A stretch of 32,000 bases of DNA from Fastidiosibacter lacustris (GTDB taxonomy: Bacteria > Pseudomonadota > Gammaproteobacteria > Francisellales > Francisellaceae), in contig NZ_QLIR01000011.1 of NCBI RefSeq assembly GCF_003428155.1, positions 35,396-67,395 on the forward strand, read 5' to 3'. Below the pieces are notes generated by a model, which saw only the letters and a list, made by a program, of their open reading frames with translations, was not told where the DNA came from and did no database searches. Below, one piece after another: positions 30,846 to 32,000 of the stretch. The position numbers were made by a program, and so were the translations under genes. Within the stretch, counting starts at the first letter, position 1. Each line of letters starts with the position of its first letter.

Positions 30846-32000
30846 TTATTTTTGACACTCTTGGTGATTTGGATTCCATATAATTTCATCGGTATTAAAA
30901 TTCATAAAGGCTTCCTGATGGAAATCATATGCTGACGAGGGTTCCTTATTACGACAAATAATCACAGACTTAAGTTTAGTAGGATCAATCTGATAAAAAG
31001 CTTGGTTACCAATCGTTGTAACACTATTTGGGATGACCACTGAAGTAAGCGGAGCCGCAGCAAAAGCCTCATCTCCAATAAATGTAACTTTATTAGGTAT
31101 TTTGATTGAAGTTAGGAATTTAGTCGAAAAAGCATAACTTTCAATCCTTTTAACGCTATCAGGTATCTTAACCGAAGCTAGTCTTGTGTTACCAAATAGA
31201 GATGAGCTGATAATTGTAATACCCTCAGGTAAGATAGCTGAAGTTAGCTGTACACCATAGAAAAAAGCAAGAGGTCCAATATCTGTTACACTATTAGGTA
31301 TAATTACTGTGGATAGCGTAGTGTTATAGTAAAAAGCTGCCTGACCAATTTTTCTCACACTCGCTGGGATCACAACAGAGGTTAGTCTATTCTCAAAAGC
31401 AGATGTACTAATTTCTGTTACACCATAGGGAATCACGACATCGGTTAGTGACCCTATATAATTGCTTAGAACGCCATTTTGAATAGTCATACCATCTGTA
31501 TTGTGAACTTGGATAGAAGTATAGAAGTGCTCTACTGTGCCATTTTTATCTTTAACGTCTATTCTAATTTTATGTTCACCCAGCTTAGTATTTGCCGTTG
31601 GTTTAAGTTTTATTGTTATATAGTTTTGATTTTGAGCACTCTCAAGTGTGACCCCAACAGAATTGTTTTGAGTTTCATCCGTTACTGTAATGGTGGGATC
31701 AGTAAAAGAACGGGTATACAGCTTAATCGTTGCTAGTTTAGCAAGATCGTTTACATCTACTGATCTGCCTTGTGTATTATCGATTGTGTCATAATAATAG
31801 ACAACGTCTTTGTATACTACTTCGCCATTACTCTTAATCGTAAAATCAGCAATGCTGTTTGATGCTAATAAATGCATTGAAGAATCCTTAAAACTGATAC
31901 TGCATGGCTCTTGATCAAGTAATGATTGACAGTTCACGCCAGTAAGTTCAGATTCACCTATTGTGAATGTAAGGTTCTCTAAATCACGCCCTGATACATT
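30846..32000 (-). CDS. BspA-type leucine-rich-repeat protein with an upstream Ig-like beta-sandwich region (partial; N-terminus outside the window)
   Basis: Seven or more 22-23-aa repeats of the form L(T/S)SVxIPxSVxxIGxxAF (aa 164-345 of the track ORF, nt about 30903-31448). The reading frame stays open from the GTG at 31937 to the window edge at 32000, so the true start is probably beyond the window. Confidence 0.75.
   Translation of the reverse strand, partial: NVSGRDLENLTFTIGESELTGVNCQSLLDQEPCSISFKDSSMHLLASNSIADFTIKSNGEVVYKDVVYYYDTIDNTQGRSVDVNDLAKLATIKLYTRSFTDPTITVTDETQNNSVGVTLESAQNQNYITIKLKPTANTKLGEHKIRIDVKDKNGTVEHFYTSIQVHNTDGMTIQNGVLSNYIGSLTDVVIPYGVTEISTSAFENRLTSVVIPASVRKIGQAAFYYNTTLSTVIIPNSVTDIGPLAFFYGVQLTSAILPEGITIISSSLFGNTRLASVKIPDSVKRIESYAFSTKFLTSIKIPNKVTFIGDEAFAAAPLTSVVIPNSVTTIGNQAFYQIDPTKLKSVIICRNKEPSSAYDFHQEAFMNFNTDEIIWNPNHQECQK

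Overview
AT-rich bacterial chromosomal segment (by eye well under 45% GC). The housekeeping proteins look gammaproteobacterial, with a Legionellales- or Francisella-like flavour, but the taxon cannot be assigned without a database search. I support 23 densely packed protein-coding genes. I recognised no rRNA, tRNA, CRISPR array, transposase, integrase or phage genes. Most of the window is core metabolism and translation: pyrG, a yciI-like gene, purL, an ABC-F ATPase (uup-like), a CBS-pair protein, fumC, dacB (PBP4), folB, a fused folK-folP, a yadG/yadH-like ABC-2 transporter, glutamine-dependent nadE, a YcaD-like MFS transporter, pheS, pheT and metK. The stand-out is a 7-kb, six-gene, translationally coupled operon on the minus strand (22147-29191), wedged between pheT and metK. 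It is clearly derived from a group-4 membrane-bound [NiFe] hydrogenase (hyfB-C-E-F-G-I order). However, its catalytic large subunit has lost all four Ni-Fe cysteine ligands and also lacks the complex-I quinone-ligand tyrosine. The small subunit still keeps its four [4Fe-4S] cysteines. No ferredoxin-like (HycF/HyfH/NuoI) subunit, electron-input module or maturation gene is present in the window. This matches the poorly understood Ehr-type (energy-converting hydrogenase related) complexes, whose substrate and function are, to my knowledge, unknown. Secondary points are a BspA-type leucine-rich-repeat protein that runs off the right edge, a 400-bp non-coding spacer with a long inverted repeat and a long candidate metK leader, and several breaks of canonical gammaproteobacterial synteny.
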